Part shown: positions 25,312 through 36,869 of the stretch, in pieces
Layout: every line of letters begins with the position of its first letter
Numbering within the stretch: position 1 is the first letter of the stretch
NCBI RefSeq assembly: GCF_004010195.1
Contig: NC_057755.1
Coordinates: 3,991,462 to 4,055,461 of the forward strand
Length of the DNA stretch: 64,000 nucleotides
Direction: 5' to 3'
DNA from: Chiloscyllium plagiosum
Lineage: Eukaryota
Translations under genes and position numbers: made by a program
Notes under the pieces: model-generated
What the model saw: the letters and a program-made list of their open reading frames with translations, nothing else
The model's database searches: none
What the model was told of the DNA's origin: nothing

Positions 25312-26220
25312 AGTCATAGAGTCATAGAGATTTACAGCATGGAAACAAACCCTTCGGTCCAACCCGGCCATGCCGACCAGATATCTCAACCCAATCTCGT
25401 CCCATCTGCAAGCATCAGGCCCATATCCTTTCAATTAAACTCTTCCTGTTCTTGTACCCATCTAAATGCCTTTTAATTTTGTAATAGTATAAGCCTCGAC
25501 CACTTCCACTGAAAGCTCATTCCATACATGTACCACTCTCTGCGTGAAAAAGCTGCTCCTTAGGTCTCTTTTATATCATTCCCCTCTCACATTAAACCTT
25601 CTAGTTCTGGACTCCCCGAGCCAGGGAAAAGACTTTGTCTATTAATCATATCCATGTCCCGCATAATTTTGTAAAACTATATAGGGAAAACAGCCCAGCC
25701 TGTTCAGCCTCTTGCTGTAAGTCAAACCCTCCAACCCTGGCAACGTCCTTGCAAATCGTTGAGAAACCCTTTCAAGTTTCACAATATCTTTCCGATAGGA
25801 AGGAGAGCAGAATTGCACGCAAAATTCCCTCAGTGGCCTAACCAATGTCCTGTCCAACCGCAATATGACCTCCCGACTCCTGTACTCAATACTCTGACCA
25901 ATAAAGGAAATCATACCAAACGCCTTCTTCTCTATCCTATCTACGTGCGACTCGACTTTCAAGGAGCTATGAACCTGCACTCCAAGGTCTCTTTGTTCAG
26001 CAACACTCCCTAGGACCTTACCATTAAGAGTATAAGTTCTGCTAAGATTTGCTTTTACAAAATGCAGCATTTATCTGAATTAAACTCCATCTGCCACTTC
26101 TCAGCCCATCTGATCAAAATCCCATTGAAATCTGAGGTAACCTTCTTCGCTGTCCATGACACCTCCAATTTTGGTGTTATCTGCAAACTTGCTAACTATA
26201 TCCCTTATGTCCGTGTCCAA
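25312..26220 (-). mobile_element. CR1 LINE 3' part
   Basis: RDLGVQVHSSLKV...LVRPLREFCVQF and agtcatagagtcatag tail. Confidence 0.9.
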
Positions 26221-26504
26221 TTCTTGTGTCTCGGTTGGATAGTTCTAGTGATCCAAGTTTGGTCAGTGTTTGTGCTCGAAATGAATTAAACATAGTGCGT
26301 ATTCCAACAATGCAGCAAATCGCTTACCGTTATTGCAATGAGTGTGTGTTCTGTAACCAGCACTGAAGCTGCAGTGGAATCAGAAGAGTACTATTATTTC
26401 TGATGTAACTGTTGAGTAACACAAGTTTCAGGAGACTACAGTAACTGCAAGAGTGAGCAGTTTTACATTCAAACCAGCAATGTTGGTTTACTGTCAGTGT
26501 AAGG

Positions 26505-26766
26505 ATATGGTGGTATAGTGGTTAGTGCTGCTGCCTCCGTTCCAGGGTTCTGAGTTTGATTCCAACCTCAGGCAATTGTCTATGTGGAGTTTGCACGTTC
26601 TCCCCGTGTCTGCATGAGCTTCGTCCAGGTGCTCCTGTTTCCTGCCACAATCCAACGATGTGCAGCTTAGGGGCATTAGTCAGAGGTAAATGTAGAGTAA
26701 GAGACGACGGGAATGGATCTGGTTGGTTTCCTCTTCGGAGGTACGGTGTGTACTTGTTGGCCCAAA
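26505..26766 (+). mobile_element. HE1-like V-SINE
   Basis: tRNA-like head agtggttagtgctgctgcct and V-domain gtggagtttgcacgttctccccgtgtctgc. Confidence 0.8.
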
Positions 26767-27715
26767 TGTGTAAAAGCTGGATGAGTTTTCACAGATAAGG
26801 GCATTTGTTGGTGTTGGAGGAGGTAGCACTGATGGACACTGTTGCTGGATGAAATTACAGAATTAGAGAGGCTCTTGGGGTGGAGGAGATTACAGAGACA
26901 GGAAGGTGTGTATGGAATGGAGGAGATGATGAAGATCGGAAACAGTATGGTGATGGAGTATACCTCAGAGGCAGCGAATGATGTGGATGGTGGAGGTGGT
27001 TTGATACATAAGGAGGGATGTAACTGCTGGAGAATATTACAGAGAGTGGGAAAAATGGCGTATCCCGAGATAGAGAGAGATGTAAATGCTGGAAGAAGCT
27101 ATGGAAATAGAGAAGGATGTAGGTGCTCGAGGAGATGACAGAGATAGGGTGAGTGCATGTGTTCACAGGGGGTACAGAGATAGCGTGGTGGATTGTGGCT
27201 GGATTATTTGATTTGATTTGATTTATTGTAGTCAGGTGTACCTCAGGACAATGGAAAGCTTTATTTGAGAGCAGTACAAGTAGATCATAATAAGCAAGGG
27301 CATACAGATCATAGGGTGCATCGACAAAGTGTATCATAAAGTTTACATTGCACAAGAGATACGTGAAGCAAAATCAATATTAACAAGATCAGCTCGGTTT
27401 GAATTTAGGGAAGGAGGTGGCAGAGATAAGGATGCAGGTTGGGCTGGAGGTTGTTACAAATATAAGGTAGCAGAAGATTGTATGGATATGGAAAGTTGCA
27501 GGGACTGTGCGGAGGTATTGGGGCTGGAGAAGGTTACAGAGATAGGGAGGGGTGTAGCTGGCGTCAGCGGTCATGGAGATGGAAGGGTAGGGTTCTTGGG
27601 TCTGGAAGAAATTAGAGATTAATCCAGAGGCTCAGATTCAATTCCTGCCACAGCAGATTGCAGAATCTGTCCTAAATATATGCTTGGAATTAAGAATACA
27701 CTGATGACATTTCCA

Positions 27716-28243
27716 TAGAACATAGGACATAGAACATTACAGCACAGTACTGGCCCTTTGGCCCTTGATGTTGCGCTGACCTGTTAAACCAATCTGAAGC
27801 CCATCTAAACGACAGTATACCATTTCCATCCATATGTTGATCTAATGACCATTTAAATGCCCTTAAGGTTAGTGAGTATACTATTGTTGCAGGGAGTGCA
27901 TTCCACGCCCCTACTACTCTCTGAGTAAAGAAACTACCTCTATCCTATATCTATCACCCCTCAATTTAAAGGTATGCCATTCTCGTTAGCCATCACCATC
28001 TGAGGAAAAAGGCTCTCACTGTCCACTCTATCTGATCCTATGATTATCTTATATGTCTCAATTATGTCACCTCTCAACCTTCACTCCAACGAAAACAGCT
28101 TCAAGTCCCTCAGCCTTTCCTCTTAAAACCTTCCCTCCATACCAGGCAACATCCTTGTAAATCTCCTCTGAACACTTTCCAAAGCTTCCACATCACTCCT
28201 ATAATGCGGTGACTAGAATTGTACAGAATACTCCAAATGCAGC
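27716..28243 (-). mobile_element. CR1 LINE 3' end
   Basis: catagaacatag tail and LEYSVQF-type segment, truncated at the ERV LTR end. Confidence 0.85.
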
Positions 28244-28781
28244 TGTTAAAGCACAGATTTGAGACGGCCCAGGAAATCGCTTGTGGACTCAACCTTTAAG
28301 GCTGTCTCTTGGTTCATCGCAGAGATCACACTCCTTGGTGGACTGCAAGAAGGAAAAACCTCTTACAGGCAATTTAGTTTTATTTTAGTCATCCCCTGTA
28401 TTTACTAATAGCACCACTGTTACAACATAGCACTGATACCTATAAGCTAAACTTACTGGGTTCAGGCAAATGTTCTTAATTGCCTTACCCCCTCTGCCTT
28501 TCTGTTTTCTGATGTGTAGCAAATATGTTCTATGATTCAACATTACATTTTAGTCTAGATGTTTAAGTTTTAAGGCTATAGACTTTCTCATTCGCTCCTT
28601 TTGTCATTTCATGACAACTTATACAAGTATAATTAGTCCAGTTAGTTGATTTGTATTCTCAATAAGTCAAGTGCCTCCTCTGGCGAGTCATCATCCATAG
28701 GAGCAGAGTCTGAAAGCTACTGGATTTCAGCATGGGAGTTCAGGCATGAAGGTTCATGGATAGACAAGGTTTGATTAACCA
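28244..28781 (-). mobile_element. 3' LTR of an endogenous retrovirus
   Basis: The minus strand begins TGGTTAA two bases after a polypurine tract AGAGAAAGAGGAA (28796-28784), contains AATAAA (about 28380) and ends TTAACA. Confidence 0.7.
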
Positions 28782-28796
28782 GATTCCTCTTTCTCT

Positions 28797-30300
28797 AAGG
28801 TGAAAAGCAATGTACTGTCCTTTTCATGCATAAGCAGATGACAATGTATATTCCTAGGATGAAATCAAGGGCTACCAGTACGTCCCACACGATCCATCGC
28901 ACTGTGACGATAGCCAGCAGGAACCACTCCATTCACATGAATCGGATGACGGTGGGGCAGGTATCTTCCCTGCATCTTGACCTATTTTGTTGATAACATC
29001 TGTGTCGTCCAAAATATCTTTTGAGAAATCATCGATGTTGGTGCAACACTGCAGGCCAATGACTGAACAAGCGGTTAATTCTTTAGCAAAGAGGAAATCT
29101 AGCACCAGCCAATTCTGAAGCGACATCATCCGGTTCTCCTGTAATTCTTTGTTCACCAACGTCAAAGCGTGGGCAGTTGAGTTGGCAAATTTTTCGATGT
29201 CATACGAAGGGTCACTTATCTGATCTAGAGCCATCTCACCAGCCCAGCTAGGAATTAGACCTCACAATAAATTGGACGACCAGGTTTGTTGATGGAAGAA
29301 GTTGTGTAAGCCCCTTTGTTTTTCCTTTACTTTTTGTTCCGTACTGATTCATATGTTGGTGAACGTTCTATTCATCATCTACTTCAGGTACATCATGGTG
29401 GGTGGTGAAAGGTGGTACAGTGCGTATTAGGAGTTAATGTCCGTACAAGTTATTGGGTAAATTTGAGTAGGCTTTGTTTTCACATCGCCAATCAATGCTA
29501 AAAGGAGTTCCAAGGGTACGCTTCTGTGAGTGAATGACGAGTCCACTTAGAGCAAGAGCTGAATCTTTGGAAACAGTGGGTACGACAAACGTCTGGTTGT
29601 TCAAGTGTATTCAACCGACTGGGTTTTTCCATCATAGAGGGATTGCATAAGTGGGTGAGTCCTATTTATACACTGTCCATCAGAATGATTGAAGAGTGAG
29701 CAGATGACACATGGATCATGGGGTTTAGCTTGAATAAAGAAACTATTAGCAACAGAAGGAGGGTTGGCAGGGCATAGTATTTTTGGTCTTTCTTCATCTC
29801 TCCAGTTTGTCTTGTTCATTACAGCAGCTACTGAATATAGGAAACATGTAAAGGTATTTCTATCAATGGTAGTAGGTCAGATAGTAGAAGATTCTGTCGA
29901 GAAGGTACAGGTGGTCAGTCGCATGGCAATCGGTGCCTTCGGATTTAGTGATTTCAGTACTATGTGCTCAATACCGTAATCTGTACAGTTTATTTTGAGA
30001 GGGGAAAAAACATTTCTAAGTAACAGTTTTCGGTTGACGGAGCAGATGAGGTGATGGAATCTCATAATGACTGGCATAGAAGTGTCGCGAGGATAAGAAT
30101 AAGGTCGAGAGTGATGTTTGGACACATAATGTGAATAATGTAAATGAGTTTCAGCTGGGCTGCTGCATTCATGACTTCCAATGGTAATAGTACAGGTTTC
30201 ATTTATACAGTTTCATTGGGGTTTTTGCCAGTCTGAGATATCACAGGTGGGTTGATTACAACTGGGAGTATGTTTTTGGATTTGGTTTTCTTCGGAGCCT
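28797..30300 (-). pseudogene. env: Disrupted gamma-type retroviral envelope gene
   Basis: SU has CxxC (DPCVICS) and WRCENKAYSNLPNN. These are followed by a degenerate cleavage site (KEKQR), fusion peptide LL*GLIPSWAG, ISD LQNWLVLDFLFAKE, CX6CC (CSVIGLQCC), and a frameshifted TM IVWDVLVALDFILGIYIVICLCMKR. Confidence 0.9.
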
Positions 30301-30315
30301 GTATCAGTACTAACA

Positions 30316-30506
30316 CTAATACTGTAGGGGTGATACAAGCTTGTAATGTCCTTTGTGGACCCACGTAGAACGTCCTTCTACATTTACTGCAGTTTCTTTT
30401 CTCAAAAGAACTTAATCAGGACCTTTCCAGTAGGGGCCCAATTTTTCATTATTAAAGTCTTTCAATAGTACCTTCTCACCAGGGTTAATGACTTTAAACG
30501 TTGGAT
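30316..30506 (-). pseudogene. pol: Retroviral integrase C-terminal (GPY/F) remnant
   Basis: PGEKVLLKDFNNEKLGPYWKGPD*VLLRKETAVNVEGRSTWVHKGHYK, directly upstream of env. Confidence 0.85.
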
Positions 30507-30526
30507 CTCATTATTCTTACTTCCCT

Positions 30527-31265
30527 AGGCACTCTAATCCCACAAAACACCGAAGCCTCTAACCCCACAAAGCACAGCGGCCTCTAATCACACAAAACAC
30601 AGGGGACTCTAACCCCAATTACTACATGATGCTCTAATCTCAATTACTACAGGGGCCACAAACCCCACAAAACATAACGGTCTTTAACTCCCATTAATAC
30701 AAGGACTCTAACGTCAATTATTACAGGGCACTCTAACTCCAATTACTACAGGACACTCTAACCCCAATTACTACAGGGTCCTCAAACTTCAATTACTACA
30801 GGACACTCTAACCCCAATTACTTCAGAGGTCTTTAACTCCAGAAACACAGGGGGTTCTAACCTCAATTACTACAGGGGCTTCTAACCCCACAAACACAGG
30901 GGCCTCTAACCCCGCAAAGCACAGCGGCCTTTACCCTCACAAACACAAGGGACTCTAACCCCAATTACTACAGGACGCTCTAATCTCAATTTCAATAGGG
31001 GCCACAAACCCCACAAAACATAGTGGCCTCTAACTCCAGTTAATGCAAAGGACTCCAACATCAATTACTACAGGGGACTCTAACCCGAATTAGTACAGGA
31101 GCCTCTATCCCCCAAAAACACAGGGGCCTAACCCCACAAAACACAGCAGATTTTACCCCCACAAAACACAATGGCCTCTAACCACAATTACTACAGGGGC
31201 CTACAACCCCAATTAAGACAGGGGCATCTAACCCCAATTACTACTGCGTCCTCCAACCCGAATTA
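30527..31265. repeat. Minisatellite of about 26 bp with two unit types and a higher-order duplication of about 347 bp
   Basis: ctctaaccccaattactacaggggc and ctctaaccccacaaaacacaggggc units; the unit order at 30563-30727 recurs at 30910-31074. Confidence 0.9.
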
Positions 31266-31272
31266 ATATTCG

Positions 31273-32140
31273 AACCAAAATCAGAAATTGCTGGAAAAAC
31301 GCAGTTCTGAAGAAGAGTCACTGGACCTGAAACGTTAACTCTATTTTCGGTCCACAGATTCTAGCAGAGCCACTGAGTTTCTTCACCAATTTCTGAATTT
31401 GTTTCTGATTTCCAGCAACCACAGTTCTCTGTTCTTTTTAATGCAATGTTGGTCTTATTTCAATGGGAATGATTTGGATATGCCATTGTTGGTGTATAAA
31501 GTTAAACCTGGTGTTGTGTGATTTTTAACTTCAGTGGGAATGTAACATAGCAATGGGGAAGTTTGACTAAAACTATACAAGGCAGGTGTGGAACCACAGC
31601 TGGAATAATGTGAACAATTTTGGTTTCTTCATCTAAGGGAAGATAGATTGGAGACAGTCCAGAGAGGGTTCACTCGGGTGATCTCAGGGATGGAGGATTT
31701 GTCTAATGGGGAGAGGTTGAGTCGGTTGGTTCTGCACTCTTTGGAGTTTAGAAGAATGTGAGGCGAACTTACTGAAATGGACAAGATTATTCGAAGACGT
31801 TCCAGAGCAAGTTTCAAAAGTTTGCTTCCCCTTGTGGGAGTGTCCAGGACCACAAGGTATAGTCTCACAACAAGGGGTCACCCATTTCAGACAGAAATGA
31901 GGAGGATCACCTTCCCTCTGAAGGAAGTGAATCTGTGGAATTATTTCCTACTGTCGAGGTTGGGTCATGGAACATATTCAAGGCTGAGACAAACAGCGTT
32001 GTTACATCAGGAAGGGAATCCAGGAGTTATGTGGAAAAGGCCCGATTGTAGAATAGAGGATGATCAGTCATGATCTCATTGACTGGCAGAACAGAGTCAA
32101 TGGGCTGAATGGCCTTCATTTTCTCCAATGCCTTATGGTT
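31273..32140 (+). mobile_element. PLE terminus plus CR1 3' fragment composite (paralog of 61800-62530)
   Basis: CTGAAGA...GAAACGTT hammerhead-like motif at 31307-31337, followed by LETVQRGFTR and a CR1 3' UTR. Confidence 0.8.
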
Positions 32141-33464
32141 TTAAAATGACCATTTGGGCAGGACTTTTCAAACAACAGCAATCTAACACACATTGTCGAT
32201 CTGCCCATTACTTCCTTTATTCTTAAAATGAGCGAACACAAAGTTTCAGAGTGGAGATACTGCTCAGGGCTCCTTCACGCCCAGGCCCATAGAAACATAT
32301 CGATATGAGTAAATCTGCAATTATATTATAGCAGAAACAACTTAGTACTTAGGATTATCATTATAAACTCTGAGCATCTGAACTTCCAATTCACCGGTTA
32401 GTGTTATCCAAATGTGGGCTCATAGATATAGGCAGGACATTAAAATCTGCTTTTATATCAATTGCTTTTGACAGTTTATGAAAAGAATTAATTCTAAAAT
32501 ATGAATGAGTACTGCACATTAGAATATAGATAATTGTGACATTATTATCCTGCTTAAATTTCTACACGTTTTTAAATCCGCAATTAAAACCAATTCATTT
32601 GACATCACAAGATTGAGAGAAAACTATCCTCACAATTCTGTCTAATTTCTTTCGAATGCCTATATATCAACTTTTCAACAGAGAGTTAGTGAGTCATAGC
32701 TCCCTGGGGCCGTGCACGGGAAAACAAGCTTCGTGATTCTCACAGTTGTTTCAGAAGTTAATGATTTCAGAATACATGAGCATTCCTCAATGTAACTGTC
32801 TTTCGAACCTAAGTTAACAGAAAGAATAGGCCAGGCTTCTGTACTGATTGGAACTTACAGTTTACACACACACACACACACAGTGAGACAGCCCAGACAC
32901 CTACTCACGCAGACACGCAAACATACATGCATGCACACACCCACACCTTCACACAACCATCCTCACACACGAGCAGAAGCCCTTCATAATTCCTGATGCT
33001 GCTTCACAGGCTGTGCTTTTCCAGCAATTCACTAAAATAGTCAGGAGGCTGCTACATTTCCCACCGCCAGCACTCACCCCTAACCTAGACACATACCCAG
33101 AGTAATCATTTTATTTCTATTGATTTGCAGGGTATGAATGCCTCTGGCTGGGCCAGTATTTATTAGCCGTCCCTTGATGCTATAGGGAAGGTGAGAGTAA
33201 GTTGCCTCCTTGAACCGCTGCAGGCCATGTGCTGGAAGTGGACCCACAATGCCCTGGGGGGGGGGGGGAATTCCAGGGTTTTGAGCCAGCAGGTCTTGTT
33301 GACTTGTTTTTGTTTCCCGAATGTTTGAACAGAGAGAAGCTTGTGCAAATGAATTACAAATCTACTTGTAGAAAGTACTAATGCTTGTTGTTAGAGTTTG
33401 TGTGAAAACCATTGTGTACTTTGGTCAAACTGATCACCATACAACTGATAAGTGATATAATCGA

Positions 33465-33780
33465 AATGCATAATCGAATTTCTGCAGTGTGGAAGCAGGC
33501 TGTACGGCCCATCGACTACAGAATGACCCTCTGAAAAGAATCCCACACAGTCCCACCTCCTGACCCATCCCAATGACCCTGCAATTCCCATGGCCAATCC
33601 ACCGAACCTGGCCACCTTTGGACTGTGGGAGAAAACCACTCGTGCATGCAGAGGACACCCATACAGACACAGGGAGAGCGTGCAAACTCCACACAGACAG
33701 TCGTTCAAGGATGGAATCAAACCTGGCTCCCTGCCATTGTGAGGGAGCAGTGCTAAACACGCAGCCAACGTGCCATCCCG
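33465..33780 (-). mobile_element. HE1-like V-SINE
   Basis: V-domain tgtgtggagtttgcacgctctccctgtgtctg on the minus strand. Confidence 0.8.
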
Positions 33781-34399
33781 AATTGTTTCTACAAAACACA
33801 TCCTTTACGGATTAACCAAACAGGATCGTGATTCATAGACAACATTCAGTGATCGGGCCAAAGACAAGTGAACAAGACCTGCTGGTCAAAACCCTGTAAT
33901 TCTCTACCTCTGGGAATTGTGGGTCTACCTCCAGCACATGGCCTTCAGTGGTTCAAGGAAGCAGCTCAACCTCACCTTCTCAATAGCTGCAATAAATACT
34001 GGCCCAGCCAGTGACACTCATATCATGCAAATGAATAAGAATAAAATGATTACTCTGGGAGTTACACCTATCTTATAGACCCTGGGCGTGTGTCCAGGCC
34101 TTATTCATAGTGATCGACTATAGTGTTGGAGTATCTACCATCTGCAGCCTGCAGCCATAACCACCGGTATCTCGAAGTAGCCAAGTCGAGAGTTTTGACC
34201 GGTAACACTGCTGACCCGTGTGCTAAGGCTGGATCATGAAGGAGTTCCATTCTCTGATATCCCAAGATATATCAAGGAGAGCGCGGTTAGGATAACAGCT
34301 TGATGTGAGAGGCTATGGTATGTGATAGAATCATAGAATACGTACAGGGTGGGAACATGCCAGTTGGCCTGACAAATCCAAGTCCTGTTCGTTCACATT

Positions 34400-36480
34400 T
34401 ACTTCAGTCTGGTCCCTGCCAATGTCCCCGTCTCTCCATACCATTTGGCAGAGTGTCATGGGAACCCATCCACATTCTTTTTTTTATATAATCCCAATAT
34501 GTTCGACTTCAAATGTCCTCATCTCAACTGTGTCCCTCAGGATAACTGGAATCCCTGGCACCAAGCCCAGTGCCTCACTGAGAGTGTCCTTGCAGCTGTC
34601 ATGAAACCAGAACTTGGTGAGCTGCTGTAATTGACAGTGAAAGATGGTCATGTGGGTCTTCTCCTGGAACAAATGGTCACGCAGTTTGTTAGTAATCTGG
34701 GTGTGGCCTTTCTATTGGTCAGCCTGCCTGAGGTCCTTCCTCAGCTTTTCCATCATCCTGTTCCCGTAGATACTGCACAGGGTTTGGTTTTCCTGTTCAC
34801 CGCCATCCTTGATTGGGCCCTGGATGACCTGATTAATTGTTTTGGAGTTACACTCCAGGATGGCGAGTCAGTGATGGCCAGTCTGATACGTCACTAGCTG
34901 TCCGATTGTCTCCTGGTGATTATCTGTGTTCAGTCCATCTTGGGCTCAGTTACTTGTTGGGTCAGGATCCTGAGTTTATTCTCCAAATTAGCCAAGTCAA
35001 GGACACTGACCGGTGACACTCCTGACCCGTGTGCTGTGGCTAGATCATTAAGGAGTTCCCTTCTCTTTCGTGTTAACCGCAGGTCTGCGTTTTTCCTCAT
35101 ATTTCCCTGCCCCTCATTCGATTATCATGTGGTTCAGGTGGGAATGTATTCATTTTGTTGGGGAAGGACACTATTCCGGTTATTGTATCCCTGATGTTTT
35201 GATTGTAATTGGTATTAATCTGTGGTGAATGTTATTGAACATCTGGAGATGTTCTCATTGGAAGTTCTCATCCAAAACAGTGTCTAGGTCTGAGGGGAAT
35301 TAAAAGAGAGTCCCCTTTCTGGTGTTGCCTACCAGCTGGATGGCTGCAATGGGTGTGGGGTGTGTCATGTGACCATCAGCTGGTTGACGCTTGGTAACCA
35401 CAGGATTCATGGGATCTAGTTTGGACTGTGTGTCAGGGGTGGGTTCTAAAGGTTCAGTTACCTGGGAGAAAGGCAGCGGGAGTCCCCATCTGTTGGCGGG
35501 TGTGAATGCGTCTGTGTGGGGCCTCTCACTATCTCGCTGGAGCGGTAGGACCCCAAAGGCCCACATTAACCCATTCTGGGTAGAGACCTGGTTCCCTAGG
35601 GATTGCATTTGGTCCTGACCCTTCCTACTAGGACTTGATTTACATTGTAGAGAGAGGAGGAAAACTTCTTCAAGGCAGGCATCCTTGCAAGAGAATTAAC
35701 AGTAGGGTTAAAATCATCTAGGTAAAAATAATGATTGCAGATGCTGGAAACCAAATTCTGGATTAGTGGTGCTGGAAGAGCACAGCAGTTCAGGCAGCAT
35801 CCGAGAGCCGTAAAATAAACGTTTTGGACAAAAGCCCTTCATCAGGAATAATCTTCTTTTCCACCTATCCACTACACCCTCTCACCGCCCCCGACCTATC
35901 ACCTTCATCCCCTCCCCCACTCACCTATTGTACTCTATGCTACTTTCTTCCTACCCTCACCCCCACCCTCCTCTAGCTCATCTCTCCACACTTCAGATTC
36001 TCTGCCTTTATTCCTGATGAACGGCTTTTGCCCGAAACGTCGATTTTACTACTTCTCGGATGCTGTCTGAACTGCTGTGCTCGTCCAGCACCACTAATCC
36101 AGAACCTGATGTACATTGCTCAGTGTTGCAGTATTTCAGATGCTTGGAGCTCCCTTCACTCTCCTTCTGGCTTGTCACTATATCCTGATGCTGCTTGCCG
36201 GTCCCCACTGGCCCTCCTCTCACGGAAATGGTCTCTTTCCATTTGGAACTGGAACTGGTCCGTGTGGGCGAGGTTTTCCTGCAACGTTCTGTCCTGTTTC
36301 TTGTGTCAGAGCTCTCGGTCTGTCACAGCCTATAGTTTTCCATGGAGTCACCGGATCTCAGCTACCTTCTCCCGATCGAGGTGCACCAAGCTATAGACAG
36401 CAGCAGCAGAGGACGATGTTCTTCAAGAAGTTGGGACAGGAGTTTTGGAGTGATTGTGTGTAACACTTAGAGTCACCAGC
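34400..36480 (-). mobile_element. Possible decayed gag-like region of an LTR element
   Basis: Coiled-coil-like VAEIR*LHGKL...LQENLAHTDQFQ followed by Pro-rich DPMNPVVTKR. No diagnostic enzymatic motif. Confidence 0.25.
35648..36106. mobile_element. Fold-back PLE terminal insertion
   Basis: Inverted terminal arms, hammerhead motif CTGATGA...GAAACGTC at 36014-36041, and near-duplicate flanks tgatttacattg / tgatgtacattg. Confidence 0.8.
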
Positions 36481-36496
36481 AGAGGTCGATTACACA

Positions 36497-36545
<49 letters not shown>

Positions 36546-36585
36546 NNNNNNNNNNNNNNGTGTGTGAGTGTGAGAGAGAGAGAGT
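36497..36585. repeat. (GT)n/(GA)n microsatellite with a small gap
   Basis: Seen directly in the sequence. Confidence 0.95.
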
Positions 36586-36869
36586 GACAGTCACAGAGTC
36601 TCACAGCTCGATATTGCTGTTGGTGTGCGCAGTAACCCACACTCACTGGGTGTAAACATCTTTAACACAATTTGTGTCAAGCAGCTTCTTCCTAGCATTG
36701 ACAGATAAACTATTGATGAGAAAGCAGAACAGCCTTGGAAAGTCCCCTGGCGTGTTGCTAGGAAGGAAGTACATTTGTTTCTTCATCTTTCATTCAATTC
36801 TATCACACACTCTTGTTCTGTTTAAATAAAGACTTCATGCGTATAATAATCTTGTGTGATATTGTGAAC

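Noticed and set aside
28797..30300. Domesticated syncytin-like env gene
   Set aside because: Multiple stops and frameshifts, including in the fusion peptide and before the TM anchor.
30527..31265. CRISPR-like array or telomeric repeat
   Set aside because: There are no unique spacers, no cas genes and the context is eukaryotic. TAACCC occurs once per 26-bp unit, not as tandem hexamers.
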